Shown in pieces: positions 1 through 10,337 of a DNA stretch of 64,000 bases. The notes below the pieces were generated by a model. It made no database searches and had not been told where the DNA came from. It was given only the letters and a program-made list of their open reading frames with translations. The DNA comes from an uncultured Alphaproteobacteria bacterium. Lineage in GTDB: Bacteria; Pseudomonadota; Alphaproteobacteria; HIMB59. Location: NCBI GenBank assembly GCA_902601865.1, contig CACKOX010000002.1, positions 2,208-66,207 of the forward strand, read 5' to 3'. How positions within the stretch are numbered: position 1 is the first letter of the stretch; each line of letters opens with the position of its first letter. A program made the translations under genes and the position numbers.

Positions 1-821
1 TCCTCTCTTTTTTAAATAAACCTAGCGATTATCAAAAATATATTAAAGCAACTGATATTTTAATTTCTCAAAATGTTAATACACCAAAAATAATTGACCA
101 AAGTAATTTACATAAGTTTGTAATCATGGATTATTTCCCTATTGCAAATGCATCAAAATATTTCCAAAAACCACAAATTAAAAAAATACTTCCATTGGCT
201 GTGATAGCTCTTACAAATCTTCAAAAACCCAAGAAAAAGTTTTCAGGCGTTCAAGTAAAATCACAAAATAATTTACTAAAGGATGCATTGAACGGTATTG
301 AGACTTTTATTGACCACTATGATCACAAGATCCAAATTGGTTTTTATCTCAATAAACTTGTGAAAGTATCTCTGAAAAAAAGTACTGAAAAATATAGAAA
401 ATTTAAACCAACTTTAACTCACGGTGATTTTTTTTTAGATAATTTAATTTATTACAATCAAAAAGTTTATGTTATTGATCATCAAGATACTCACTACAAC
501 CATCCATTATTAGATATTTCTTCATTGATTTTCGATGCTAGGAGATCTTATTCTACCAAAGTCGAAGATAAATTATTGAAGCTTTATGCAAGAAGAATGA
601 AACTTAATCTCAAGCAGCTTAGGTCAGACATTCATATGATTAGTCTTTTACGTAATCTGAGAATTCTTGGTAATTGGGTGCAACTATATAATGCTGGAAA
701 ACCAAAATATCTTAAAGTCTTTAGAAAAAATACATGGGCTCAAATATTTAAACATGTCGAATATTTAAGACTTTGGGATTTAAGAGAAATATTTATGGAG
801 ATATATAACAAAACAAGTTAA
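1..821 (+). CDS. Aminoglycoside/choline-kinase-like phosphotransferase (AmgK-like anomeric sugar kinase), 5'-truncated by window
   Basis: Frame is open from position 3 to the ORF-track ATG at 126; motifs LTHGDFFLDN and VIDHQD; lies directly before a MurU-like gene. Confidence 0.75.
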   Translation, partial: LSFLNKPSDYQKYIKATDILISQNVNTPKIIDQSNLHKFVIMDYFPIANASKYFQKPQIKKILPLAVIALTNLQKPKKKFSGVQVKSQNNLLKDALNGIETFIDHYDHKIQIGFYLNKLVKVSLKKSTEKYRKFKPTLTHGDFFLDNLIYYNQKVYVIDHQDTHYNHPLLDISSLIFDARRSYSTKVEDKLLKLYARRMKLNLKQLRSDIHMISLLRNLRILGNWVQLYNAGKPKYLKVFRKNTWAQIFKHVEYLRLWDLREIFMEIYNKTS

Positions 822-1463
822 ATGGACGCTCTAATATTAGCTGCAGGTTATGGAATGCGAATGGATAACTTAACCAAAGATATCCCTAAACCCTTATTAA
901 AAATAAAAAATAAAACACTTATTAGCTATGCAATCGATCTCATTAAAAACATGTCATTTGATAAAATTTATATCAATACCCACTATAAACATAATATGTT
1001 AGATAGATTTATCTCTGAAAATTACCCTGATATTACAATTTCTTATGAAGAAACTATCTTAGGAACAGGAGGTGGTATAAAAAACATACAAACAAACGAT
1101 ACAGTAATTCTAAATACAGATAATTTATGGGACCAGTCCTTTGAAAATGAATTAGAAAAATCAATTAAATTTTTTGATGAAAATAAAAGTTTTGATAGTG
1201 TCCTTCTTATAAATTCTAAAAATAATAATTTTGATCTTGAAGTAAATAATGAAGGGCTTATTAACTTTCCATCAAAACTATGCAATACTTCATTTCAGGG
1301 TTGTCATATTATTAGAAAAAACTCTTTGCATCCTTACCCTAAAATTTTTAACATTCAAGACTTTTGGAAAGATTGTTCGTTAAATGAAAAAATCTATGGA
1401 TATGAGACTACTAAAATCAATGCTCATGTTGGGACTAAAGATGAGTATTTGAAATACAAATAA
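822..1463 (+). CDS. Nucleotidyltransferase (MurU-like)
   Basis: ILAAGYGMRM..LT..IPKPLL N-terminal motif; LGTGGG; amgK-murU pairing. Confidence 0.8.
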   Translation: MDALILAAGYGMRMDNLTKDIPKPLLKIKNKTLISYAIDLIKNMSFDKIYINTHYKHNMLDRFISENYPDITISYEETILGTGGGIKNIQTNDTVILNTDNLWDQSFENELEKSIKFFDENKSFDSVLLINSKNNNFDLEVNNEGLINFPSKLCNTSFQGCHIIRKNSLHPYPKIFNIQDFWKDCSLNEKIYGYETTKINAHVGTKDEYLKYK

Positions 1464-1482
1464 TAATAACCATATTAAATAT

Positions 1483-1809
1483 ATGACAGTTGAACAAATA
1501 AGTGACGATGAATTTAATCAAAAAGTTCTTGAAGGATCAAAAGATAAGCCTGTTTTGGTAGATTTTTGGGCTGAGTGGTGTGGTCCATGTAAGGCTATTG
1601 CTCCTATTTTGGATAATTTAGCCTCTGAAATGGGTGATAAAATATCTATAAAAAAAATTAATATAGATGAAAATCCTCAAGCACCAGCAAACTTTAGTAT
1701 TAGGAGTATACCCACAATGATACTCTTTAAAGATGGATCAATGGCTGATGCAAAGATTGGCTTAGGCTCAGAAGCGGACTTAAGAAGTTGGATTAACAGT
1801 AAACTTTAG
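1483..1809 (+). CDS. trxA: Thioredoxin
   Basis: VDFWAEWCGPCK; SIPT cis-Pro; 108 aa. Confidence 0.97.
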   Translation: MTVEQISDDEFNQKVLEGSKDKPVLVDFWAEWCGPCKAIAPILDNLASEMGDKISIKKINIDENPQAPANFSIRSIPTMILFKDGSMADAKIGLGSEADLRSWINSKL

Positions 1810-2918
1810 AAGAAATTCATCTCAGAACACGCTTTATCAAATGAGATTTTATTTCCAATAAAATTTTTTCCCCTTTCACCTTGAAAAGCATCCTCAACAT
1901 ATTTATCCCATTCAATTTTTGGTATTCCAATTTCATTTAAATTTAATGGTGCTTCAAGAATTCTCAATGTTTCAGATAGTCTTTTTGAACTCTCAATGAG
2001 ATCGACATTATAAATTTTTTCAAGGGATTTTTCTGTTTTTTCATCTTGGCCAATCAGACTCCTCATTATTGTCGGCAAAGTAAAAGAACAAGCTATTCCA
2101 TGTGGAACATTAAAATTAATTGTTATCGGGTATGAAATATTATGTGCTATTGCAGTTTTAGTATTTGAAAAAGCTAGACCTGCATGAACACAAGCTTTAG
2201 CCATTAAAGTTCTCAACTCTATGTTTTTTAAATCATTTACAAGTTTTGGAAGTGTATCGATCACGGTTTGAGCACCTGCAATTCCATGAAATGTTGAAAT
2301 CGGATTTGAGTTTACATTCCAAATGCTTTCTAAGGAGTGGGACAATGCATCAAGACCAGTAGAAATAGTCAGATTTTTTGGCTTGTTGATCATTAACTTA
2401 GGGTCAATAACTGATATTTCAGGATATAAAGATTTATCTGCTAATGAAAATTTACTTTTATACTCTTTATCCCAGACTGTAGCCCAGCACGTAAGTTCAC
2501 TCGATGTGCCCGAAGTAGTAGGTATAGCTATAATTTTTTTTGGATCTTGAACGTAAGCTGATTTTTTATTTCTTACAAAATCATTTAAATATTTATTCTC
2601 ACCTTTAAAAGCCGCAAGTAATTTGGCCGTATCCATGACAGAGCCGCCTCCAAGAGCAACAACTGTATCAATTTGACTTTCTATTTTTGAAAATTTTTCC
2701 CCTGCAGAAATTAAATCTTGATAGTCTGGATTTGGTTGAACATCATCAAAGATTTCTAGAGGCTTATTTGATAAATTGTTAAAAAACTCTCTATACGTAT
2801 CAAAGTTATCATCAGGATGGGTAACAAGAATGTACTTTCGATTACTTATTATATGTTCAATTTCATTAAATTTTTCCGAACCAAAAATAACATTTACTGG
2901 ATTATAGTATTCCCACAT
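1806..2918 (-). CDS. Iron-containing alcohol dehydrogenase, phosphonate-associated type (putative hydroxyethylphosphonate dehydrogenase / phosphonoacetaldehyde reductase)
   Basis: ALGGGSVMDTAK, IPTTSGTSSE, DALSH, HNISY and PHG metal ligands; same strand and cluster as phnA/phnY. Confidence 0.8.
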   Translation of the reverse strand: MWEYYNPVNVIFGSEKFNEIEHIISNRKYILVTHPDDNFDTYREFFNNLSNKPLEIFDDVQPNPDYQDLISAGEKFSKIESQIDTVVALGGGSVMDTAKLLAAFKGENKYLNDFVRNKKSAYVQDPKKIIAIPTTSGTSSELTCWATVWDKEYKSKFSLADKSLYPEISVIDPKLMINKPKNLTISTGLDALSHSLESIWNVNSNPISTFHGIAGAQTVIDTLPKLVNDLKNIELRTLMAKACVHAGLAFSNTKTAIAHNISYPITINFNVPHGIACSFTLPTIMRSLIGQDEKTEKSLEKIYNVDLIESSKRLSETLRILEAPLNLNEIGIPKIEWDKYVEDAFQGERGKNFIGNKISFDKACSEMNFF

Positions 2919-2923
2919 AAGAC

Positions 2924-4006
2924 TTAGAGATTTTTAACAGCTTTTGAGAGAATTTGCATTTTTTGTTTTGCTTGATTTCTATCAAAAAACCCTAGACCAC
3001 AATCAGGAGCAGCAATTAATCTTTCCTCATCAATATGCTCAAGAACTTCCCTGATCCTTTTTTGAATTTCCTCAACACTCTCCATACGACTTTTTGCTAC
3101 ATCAATCAGACCCATAATAACTTTGGTTTTTTTAAATTTTTCTAATAATTTTAAATCTAAAGGTCGGTGAGAGTCTTCCAAAGAAACTTCGTCTATACTA
3201 GAGTCTTCAACTAAGTCAGCAATTTTATCATATGCATCTAGGTCTGCTTTTTTGTAGTGTTCTGAGTCAAGCGAGTTAGGATAACCGCAGCAAATATGAC
3301 AAGCTTTTTGAGTTTCTTTTAGTATTCCATGCATTGCTCTTTCTAAGTTTTCCATACCATAATCGTGTGTTTCTTCTGGTTTTCTGGCGAACACTGGCTC
3401 ATCAATTTGAATGTATTGACAACCAGCTTCGGATAGAGCCTTAACTTCATTACTAATACATAAAGCTAGATCATAACCCATTTTTTTGGGATCATTATAA
3501 TAATCATCTGCAATGGAGTCAGTTATTGTCATAGGACCAGGTATAGTTATTTTCACTGGGTTATTAGTAAACTGCTGTGCAGATTTCCAATCATCTACTA
3601 ATCGTAATGATTTATTTGAAACTTTACTTGTAATTGTTGGGAGTGTTGCTTCAAAAGCTCCTTTCCTAACTGATTTAGTCGTTAATTGTTCAAAGCTTAC
3701 CCCATTAAAAAATCTCAATTGATAAAAAATATAATTTTCTCGCCTTACTTCACCATCTGTGGGGATATCTATTCCGCTACTTGTCTGATCAAGAATTACT
3801 TCTTCAATAGCTTTTAAGAATAGTTTTTCTTTTTCCTCATCTTTCTCTTCATATACTTTATGGTCTTCACTTTTGGGATCCCAATTGGATAACAATCCCT
3901 TGGATTGTTTTTTTTCTTCGTCAGATTTATCTTGAAGAAACCAATCTCTTATAGGGGTGTAATTAGGTTTTGGATAAGCTCCAATAGTTGTAGTCTTAAT
4001 GCTCAT
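2924..4006 (-). CDS. Cobalamin-independent methionine synthase catalytic-domain (short MetE-like) Zn thiol-activating enzyme
   Basis: TTTIGAYPKP, TDGEVRRE, KITIPGP, QIDEP, HICCGY, PDCG; single 360-aa barrel with no N-terminal MetE half. Confidence 0.85.
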   Translation of the reverse strand: MSIKTTTIGAYPKPNYTPIRDWFLQDKSDEEKKQSKGLLSNWDPKSEDHKVYEEKDEEKEKLFLKAIEEVILDQTSSGIDIPTDGEVRRENYIFYQLRFFNGVSFEQLTTKSVRKGAFEATLPTITSKVSNKSLRLVDDWKSAQQFTNNPVKITIPGPMTITDSIADDYYNDPKKMGYDLALCISNEVKALSEAGCQYIQIDEPVFARKPEETHDYGMENLERAMHGILKETQKACHICCGYPNSLDSEHYKKADLDAYDKIADLVEDSSIDEVSLEDSHRPLDLKLLEKFKKTKVIMGLIDVAKSRMESVEEIQKRIREVLEHIDEERLIAAPDCGLGFFDRNQAKQKMQILSKAVKNL

Positions 4007-4008
4007 TT

Positions 4009-4044
4009 AAAAAAAAACAGCAGCCAGTATAATGACTGCTGTTT
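4009..4044 (-). terminator. Intrinsic terminator or stabilising hairpin after the SBP gene
   Basis: Minus strand AAACAGCAGTCA-TTATAC-TGGCTGCTGTTT followed by a T run. Confidence 0.7.
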
Positions 4045-4076
4045 AAAAATCTAATGATAAACGGAATTAAAAAGAC

Positions 4077-5312
4077 TTACATTAAGTCTTCAATCTCCTC
4101 CATCATTTCGGCCTGTAGATCACCCATATCGTCTGCATCACCTGTAGCAATTTCTTCTGTGTAGTCATAAATTACTTGTGTCACAGCAAGACCGTTTTCT
4201 CCAGGATATGCGAACCAATCAGCTAACAAAGGCAGCTGATTAACAGCAGTTAACTTGTTGGGGTTTGCATCATAAAAATCACCTAACAGGTCATTTGCAG
4301 CTTTGTTAGGAGGAACGTAACCTGTTGTTTCTGCAACAGCAGCTGCTCCTACACCTGATGTGATAAACTTTAAAAATGTCCATGCCGCTTGTACTCTTTC
4401 AGGATCATCTGATGTAGTAACTAACATCGCTGCGTTACCACCGGCAGGTAGTCTAGCTGGAGTTCCACCATTAACACCAGGTATTCCTGGGAAAGGCGCA
4501 GTCTTTAGCTCAAAGTCAGCTTTAGCAGCTTCAACAGAGCCTAAACTACTAGTACTCCAAAACATCATACCAATAGTGCCTGCATTAAACGCAGCTTGTC
4601 CGTCAGCAATAGAATAGTTAGGCATATTACAGCCACCCATGATATCTTTCATTTGTTCTAAAGTTTTTAGACCAGCATCTCCTCCCATATTGACTGCTCC
4701 ATCTTTAACCATTGGAACATTTTGGCTATGCATTAGAGCTTGATGGAACCAGTTACCTGTAATATTCCATCCAAAGTAAAGAGTACCGTGTCCTGCAGCT
4801 TCTAATTTATTACAAGCGTCAATGACTTCATCCCAATTTGATGGAATGCTGCTAACACCAGCACTTGCTAAAAGATCCATGTTGTAGTAACCAACTGGAG
4901 TTGATACTGAAAATGGCAAGCCATAAACCTCTCCTCCAAAGGTAGATAAGCTCAACATAGCTTCATGATAACCGTCTTTTGCAAAATCTGGCTCATTAGC
5001 AATGAAAGGCTCTAAAGATAAAGCGATACCTTTGTCTACTAAAGGTGCTTGTCTATTAAGACCTTGCATGGTGATATCAGGTAAGTTTCCTGATGTTGAC
5101 TCTCTTAGTATAGTAGCAGTAGCATCTTCATAGTTTTCATAAGTTGCTCTGAACTTAACTTTAATGTCAGGATGAGCTTTTTCAAACTCTGGCATAATTG
5201 CCTGGTATGTCACATCGAACAAACCTGAATAAGGATATGCAAATTCAATTTCTACCGCATTAGCGTTGTATGCGAAAACTGATGCAAAAAATCCTAAGAT
5301 TACTTTTTTCAT
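4077..5312 (-). CDS. ABC transporter substrate-binding protein (UgpB/CUT1 family), probably organophosphonate/organophosphate
   Basis: Signal peptide; YGLPFSVSTPVGYYN; GGNAAM; AAWTFLKF; TGYVP; RBS AAGGAGG. Confidence 0.85.
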   Translation of the reverse strand: MKKVILGFFASVFAYNANAVEIEFAYPYSGLFDVTYQAIMPEFEKAHPDIKVKFRATYENYEDATATILRESTSGNLPDITMQGLNRQAPLVDKGIALSLEPFIANEPDFAKDGYHEAMLSLSTFGGEVYGLPFSVSTPVGYYNMDLLASAGVSSIPSNWDEVIDACNKLEAAGHGTLYFGWNITGNWFHQALMHSQNVPMVKDGAVNMGGDAGLKTLEQMKDIMGGCNMPNYSIADGQAAFNAGTIGMMFWSTSSLGSVEAAKADFELKTAPFPGIPGVNGGTPARLPAGGNAAMLVTTSDDPERVQAAWTFLKFITSGVGAAAVAETTGYVPPNKAANDLLGDFYDANPNKLTAVNQLPLLADWFAYPGENGLAVTQVIYDYTEEIATGDADDMGDLQAEMMEEIEDLM

Positions 5313-5354
5313 AGTCCCTCCTTAAAATAATAATAATTAATTATTAAATCCTTA

Positions 5355-5372
5355 ATGTTAAGAATATGTTAA
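5355..5372 (-). promoter_or_regulatory. Pho-box-like tandem direct repeat upstream of the SBP gene
   Basis: Minus strand TTAACAT-attc-TTAACAT, 11-bp period as for PhoB sites. Confidence 0.5.
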
Positions 5373-5444
5373 ATTTTTAAAGCAAAGTAGAAATAATCAG
5401 TATGTGTGAGAAAAAATCTGTGAATAGTTCCTAAAAGCTGTTAA

Positions 5445-6884
5445 TTACCAAGGTAATGAGAAGGTCTTTACATTTGTGTAACTTTTCATAGCCTCTATTA
5501 CACCCTCTTTATAGCCTAATCCTGAGTCTTTTATTCCACCAAAAGGTGACATCTCAATTCTGTAACCGGGCACTTCCCAAATATTAACTGTGCCCACATT
5601 AAGACCGCTTATGTATTTTTTAATTCTTCTAAAATCGTTACTACAAACACCTGATGACAAACCAAAGGCCGTTGAATTTGAAATTTCCATTACTTTTTCA
5701 TCATCATTGGGAACTCTAATGACAGGCACAATTGGACCAAAGGTTTCTTCAACAACAAGTTCTGATTTATAATTAACGTTGTCTATAAAAATTGGTGGCA
5801 CAAGAGCTTCTTGGACCCCAGGGTTATAAAGAATTTTTGCACCATCCTGTTCAGCTTTATTTACTCTGTCATTAAACATACTTGCTGCCTCTTTATTAAT
5901 TACTGTGCCCAACTGATTATTAATATCCATGGGATCACCAAATTTTATTGCTTTTGCTTTTTCCAAAGCAAGCTCGACAAATTTATCAGCAACTGATTCT
6001 TGAACTAATATTCTTTTTACAGCAGTGCATCTTTGACCGGAGTTTTTTGTTGCTCCCATGATTGCTAGATCAGCTGCTTTATTTAAATCATCATCATCTA
6101 AGTCACTCAAAACTATTAAAGGGTCGTTTCCACCTAACTCTAAAACAGTTCTTTTGTAACCTGCATTTTCAGCTATCAGTTTTCCAACACCAACGCTTCC
6201 TGTAAAAGTAATTAAATCTATATTTTTATTTTTAATTACTTCATTCCCAATGTCTTCAGGCCATCCTGTTAAAATTGAAAACATTTCTGGAGGAAGGCCA
6301 CATTCATATAAAATATCTGCTAGTAGCATAGCTGTTAAAGGGGTCAATTCTGTTTGTTTACAAACAGTACAGTTGTTAGTTGCTATTGATGGAGCTATTT
6401 TGTGAGCAACCATATTTAAAGGATGATTAAATGGAGTGATTGCAGATATAGTGTTAAGCGGTTCTCTAATTGTAAATATTTTTCTTTGTTTTCCATGAGG
6501 TGTTAAATCACAAGAGTAAATTTCTCCGTCATCCTGGATACAAAGCTGAGCAGTAAGAGAAAATACATCAAAGGCTCTACCAACTTCATAAAGCGTATCT
6601 TGTTTCGATAGCCCAGACTCAAGTGAAATTAGATCAGAGATTTGTTCTTTTCTCTCAACAAGTGTTTCAGCAGTCTTTTGAAGTATTTTTTGACGATCAT
6701 ATCTAGATAAATTAGGTTTATAATTTGCAGCAATATCAAAGGCTTTTTGAGCATGTTCTGCTGTGCCAGCTGGTACTGTGCCTATAACTTTACCTGTGAA
6801 GGGATAGATAACATCAATCTTGTTATCGGTGTGAACAGTTTTTCCACCAATCCTCATACCCTCATTAATAATTTTATCAGTCAT
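5445..6884 (-). CDS. phnY: Phosphonoacetaldehyde dehydrogenase
   Basis: ALDH motifs [30 protein letters not shown]; TPHGKQRK segment; adjacent to phnA. Confidence 0.92.
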   Translation of the reverse strand: MTDKIINEGMRIGGKTVHTDNKIDVIYPFTGKVIGTVPAGTAEHAQKAFDIAANYKPNLSRYDRQKILQKTAETLVERKEQISDLISLESGLSKQDTLYEVGRAFDVFSLTAQLCIQDDGEIYSCDLTPHGKQRKIFTIREPLNTISAITPFNHPLNMVAHKIAPSIATNNCTVCKQTELTPLTAMLLADILYECGLPPEMFSILTGWPEDIGNEVIKNKNIDLITFTGSVGVGKLIAENAGYKRTVLELGGNDPLIVLSDLDDDDLNKAADLAIMGATKNSGQRCTAVKRILVQESVADKFVELALEKAKAIKFGDPMDINNQLGTVINKEAASMFNDRVNKAEQDGAKILYNPGVQEALVPPIFIDNVNYKSELVVEETFGPIVPVIRVPNDDEKVMEISNSTAFGLSSGVCSNDFRRIKKYISGLNVGTVNIWEVPGYRIEMSPFGGIKDSGLGYKEGVIEAMKSYTNVKTFSLPW

Positions 6885-6886
6885 GA

Positions 6887-8122
6887 TTAAGCTCCATTAA
6901 TAGCATAAAAAAATGCATCATAGTTATTTAAACTTTGATCTTTGGCAATGTTTAGTTTTTTATTAGAAATAAAAGGAACTTCTCTTTCATGATGACCTCC
7001 ATGAGATCTAAGGGGTTCCTTTAATTTTGAAAGATCATGATTAGCTTTTGAGGTACCAATTGTCATATCTTCAGATGACATGCATACGATATCACCTATT
7101 CTATCTGAAGGTAGCCTATATTCTCTACATGCTTCTTCTTGTTTAACAACTACTTCAATTTCTTTAATTGATGATATTTTGCTAATTGTTTCACCAATTT
7201 TTGATTTATCTTTTACATATATAGTGGCAAACGATCCCAGTGAACCATGATGAACTACATAAGGGTCAGTAATTGGAAGTATTACTTTAGCCTCATCTTT
7301 ACCCATTTGATCATCTAAATAATCTTGAAGGAAGATGGCATTAGGTTCTCCATTAATATTTGCTTTAGACTTCATTCCATGATCTGCAGTGATGACAACC
7401 GAATTCCCATTACTACAAATTTTACTGACATACTTATCAAACATCTGATAAAAATCATTTGCTTCTTTATCTCCAGGTGCATATTTGTGTTGAATAAAGT
7501 CAGTGGTAGATAAATACATAATGTCAGGATTAAATTCTTCAAGTAATTTTACCCCAGCTGCCATAACAAATTCTGATAGATCCTGAGAATATACTTCAGG
7601 TACTTTCATTCCAATCCAGTCATTAATATTTTCAATACCATTTTCACTGAGAGTGGCCTGATCTGATTTTTCTGATGAAAAACAGATTGCTCTTCCTTCA
7701 TTAAATTTTAAACCATTACCTAAAAGAGTCCTTAATTTATCCTTAGCAGTGATTACTGCTATTTTATAACCTTCATTATAATATTTCTCAAAAATAGTTG
7801 GAGCTCTTAAATATTTTGGATCATTCATCATCACTTCTTCACCGGTTGATGGGGTATAAAAGAAATTACCACTTATTCCATGAACATCACTAGGCTGCCC
7901 TGTGACTATCGAAATGTTGTTAGGGTTTGTAAAACTGGGAATAGCACTGTTAGCCATCAGATATTGGCCATTTTCCAGTATTTTATCAAGATTTGGTGTC
8001 AATCCTTTTGAAGAGGCGATATCAATATACTCTTTTTGACTACCATCAAGGCATATAACTACTACAGTTGAAGAAAGTGATTTATTGTATTGTCTTTTGT
8101 TTATTTCAATTTTATCACTCAT
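6887..8122 (-). CDS. phnA: Phosphonoacetate hydrolase
   Basis: [37 protein letters not shown] (alkaline phosphatase superfamily, PhnA type). Confidence 0.95.
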   Translation of the reverse strand: MSDKIEINKRQYNKSLSSTVVVICLDGSQKEYIDIASSKGLTPNLDKILENGQYLMANSAIPSFTNPNNISIVTGQPSDVHGISGNFFYTPSTGEEVMMNDPKYLRAPTIFEKYYNEGYKIAVITAKDKLRTLLGNGLKFNEGRAICFSSEKSDQATLSENGIENINDWIGMKVPEVYSQDLSEFVMAAGVKLLEEFNPDIMYLSTTDFIQHKYAPGDKEANDFYQMFDKYVSKICSNGNSVVITADHGMKSKANINGEPNAIFLQDYLDDQMGKDEAKVILPITDPYVVHHGSLGSFATIYVKDKSKIGETISKISSIKEIEVVVKQEEACREYRLPSDRIGDIVCMSSEDMTIGTSKANHDLSKLKEPLRSHGGHHEREVPFISNKKLNIAKDQSLNNYDAFFYAINGA

Positions 8123-8184
8123 AATTACTATTGCTTCATATAAAGAACAAACTTCCGATTAATGTAAAATTAATTCATAAAGTT

Positions 8185-8202
8185 TTAACATAAATTTTAC
8201 AA
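8185..8202 (+). promoter_or_regulatory. Pho-box-like tandem repeat upstream of the ABC ATPase/permease operon
   Basis: TTAACAT-aaat-TTTACAA, 11-bp period; same half-site as at 5355-5372. Confidence 0.45.
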
Positions 8203-8258
8203 ATTTACTTTTAAAATGTCCTAATCAGAACTATTTTAGTTTTGAGGAATAAAAATAG

Positions 8259-9377
8259 ATGGGGACAATTTCTTTAAAGAACATCAATAAGTCATTTGGT
8301 TCAACTGAGGTGCTTAAACAACTAAGCCTTGATATCCAAGATGGTGAATTCTTAACATTAGTCGGTCCATCAGGTTGTGGCAAATCCACTTTGTTAAAAA
8401 TTATTGCCGGATTGGAGCAACAAAATAGTGGCGATGTAATTATTGATGATAAGAATGTTAACAGCACCAGAGCTAGCAAGAGAGATTTAGCAATGGTTTT
8501 CCAATCTTACGCTCTTTACCCGCACCTGACTGTCAGAAAGAATCTAGAAACACCTTTGAAATTAAGAGACTATAGTTTTGTAGAGAGGTTGCCTCTTGTT
8601 GGTAATTTTGTACCTAGTAGAAAAGAAAAAAAGAAATCAATTGATGACCTTGTTTTTAAAACATCTGAAACTTTAAAAATAACAGAACTACTTGATAGAA
8701 AGCCAGGTCAATTATCTGGTGGTCAAAGACAAAGAGCGGCATTAGGAAGGGCGATGGTAAGAGAACCAGTTGCATTTTTAATGGACGAACCCTTATCAAA
8801 TCTTGACGCTGCATTAAGGGTTCATATGAGATCTGAGCTATCCGAGCTCCATAACTCTTTAAAGACCACTTTCATTTATGTGACGCATGATCAAGCAGAA
8901 GCACTTACAATGTCAACTCGAATGGCAGTTATGATTGATGGTGAACTTTTACAACTAGATACCCCAAGTGAGGTTTATAACAATCCTTCATCTTTGAGGG
9001 TTGCAGAATTTGTTGGTAGCCCAAAGATTAACACATTTGATGCTGAGATTAGATCTGATGGTTTCGCTGAATTTAACGGCATCAGGCTAGAGAAAAAATT
9101 TAATACTAATAGTCAAAAAGCCTTAGTTGCTGTGAGACCAGAACATTTAGAAATTACAAAGGATTCAAACAAACCTGCATTTGAGGCTAAAGTTTCATAC
9201 AAAGAAAATCTTGGTTCAGATATATTTTACCATGTTCAAGTTGATCAGTCTGACTCAAAGATCATAGTGAGAGGTTCACCACAAGCCGGACTGATTTCAA
9301 ATGGGGAAACAATTAAAATATGTCCCTCTCATTCCGAAGCTATGCTTTTTGAAATATCTGGTGAGAGAATTAGATAA
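8259..9377 (+). CDS. ABC transporter ATP-binding protein (UgpC/MalK family)
   Basis: GPSGCGKS, LSGGQRQR, MDEPLSNLD, YVTHDQ; C-terminal TOBE region. Confidence 0.95.
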   Translation: MGTISLKNINKSFGSTEVLKQLSLDIQDGEFLTLVGPSGCGKSTLLKIIAGLEQQNSGDVIIDDKNVNSTRASKRDLAMVFQSYALYPHLTVRKNLETPLKLRDYSFVERLPLVGNFVPSRKEKKKSIDDLVFKTSETLKITELLDRKPGQLSGGQRQRAALGRAMVREPVAFLMDEPLSNLDAALRVHMRSELSELHNSLKTTFIYVTHDQAEALTMSTRMAVMIDGELLQLDTPSEVYNNPSSLRVAEFVGSPKINTFDAEIRSDGFAEFNGIRLEKKFNTNSQKALVAVRPEHLEITKDSNKPAFEAKVSYKENLGSDIFYHVQVDQSDSKIIVRGSPQAGLISNGETIKICPSHSEAMLFEISGERIR

Positions 9378-9379
9378 AT

Positions 9380-10336
9380 ATGCACTATTCTAAAGCGCAT
9401 ATTTGGTTTGTTTGGCCTGCAATCATATTAATGATTGTAATATTAATACTTCCAATTTTTTTAGCCGGAGGTATTTCATTTACTAATTATAATCTTGGTA
9501 ATTCTAGTTTTGAATGGGTTGGTATGGAGAATTATGAAAAAATGTTCTCTAGAAAAACCTATACAAAAATGATTATAGCTACCGCCACGTATGTTTTAAT
9601 AGTTGTACCCGCTTCAGTTATTATAGGATTGGCAGCTGCTGTCATGCTTAATTCTCTCAGATTTGGTGCAGATATATATAAAACCATTTTCTTTTTACCT
9701 GTGATGGCAACTTTGTTAGCTATGGCTATTGCATGGGAATTTACTCTTCACCCCACTCTTGGAATTATTAATTCTTTTTTAGCTGATGGTTGTGGAGGTA
9801 TTCGAGAATTTATTTTAGGTTTCCATTGGTTACCATGGGTTGGTTCCGAAGATAGCTGGTACAGTGTTGCTTGTGCAAACAATATGGACTTTCCATATTG
9901 GTTAAAAGATAAAAAAACAGCTATTTGGACAATTTGTTTTATTGGTATCTGGCAAGCATTTGGCTTTAATATGGTACTCTACTTAGCAGGATTAACCAGC
10001 ATACCTCGTGAGTTATATCATGCCGCGGAAATGGATGGGGCTCATTCAACTTGGGAGCAATTCAAACTTGTTACTTGGCCTATGTTAGGCCCAACTACTT
10101 TATTCGTAGTAACTATAACTACAATAAGATCTTTTCAAGTCTTTGATACAATTGAAATACTTACAAAGGGAGGACCATCGAAGACTACATATGTGATGAT
10201 GTATGCTATATTTGAAAAGGCTATCATGCAAAATATCACCAGTATTGGAGCAGCTATAACTGTTGTATTTATTGTATTTATAATTCTACTAACTTTTTTC
10301 CAACGCTATGTCATAGAGAAAAGAGTTCATTACTAA
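9380..10336 (+). CDS. ABC transporter permease (UgpA-like)
   Basis: Hydrophobic segments; EAA loop LYHAAEMDGA. Confidence 0.92.
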   Translation: MHYSKAHIWFVWPAIILMIVILILPIFLAGGISFTNYNLGNSSFEWVGMENYEKMFSRKTYTKMIIATATYVLIVVPASVIIGLAAAVMLNSLRFGADIYKTIFFLPVMATLLAMAIAWEFTLHPTLGIINSFLADGCGGIREFILGFHWLPWVGSEDSWYSVACANNMDFPYWLKDKKTAIWTICFIGIWQAFGFNMVLYLAGLTSIPRELYHAAEMDGAHSTWEQFKLVTWPMLGPTTLFVVTITTIRSFQVFDTIEILTKGGPSKTTYVMMYAIFEKAIMQNITSIGAAITVVFIVFIILLTFFQRYVIEKRVHY

Positions 10337-10337
10337 A

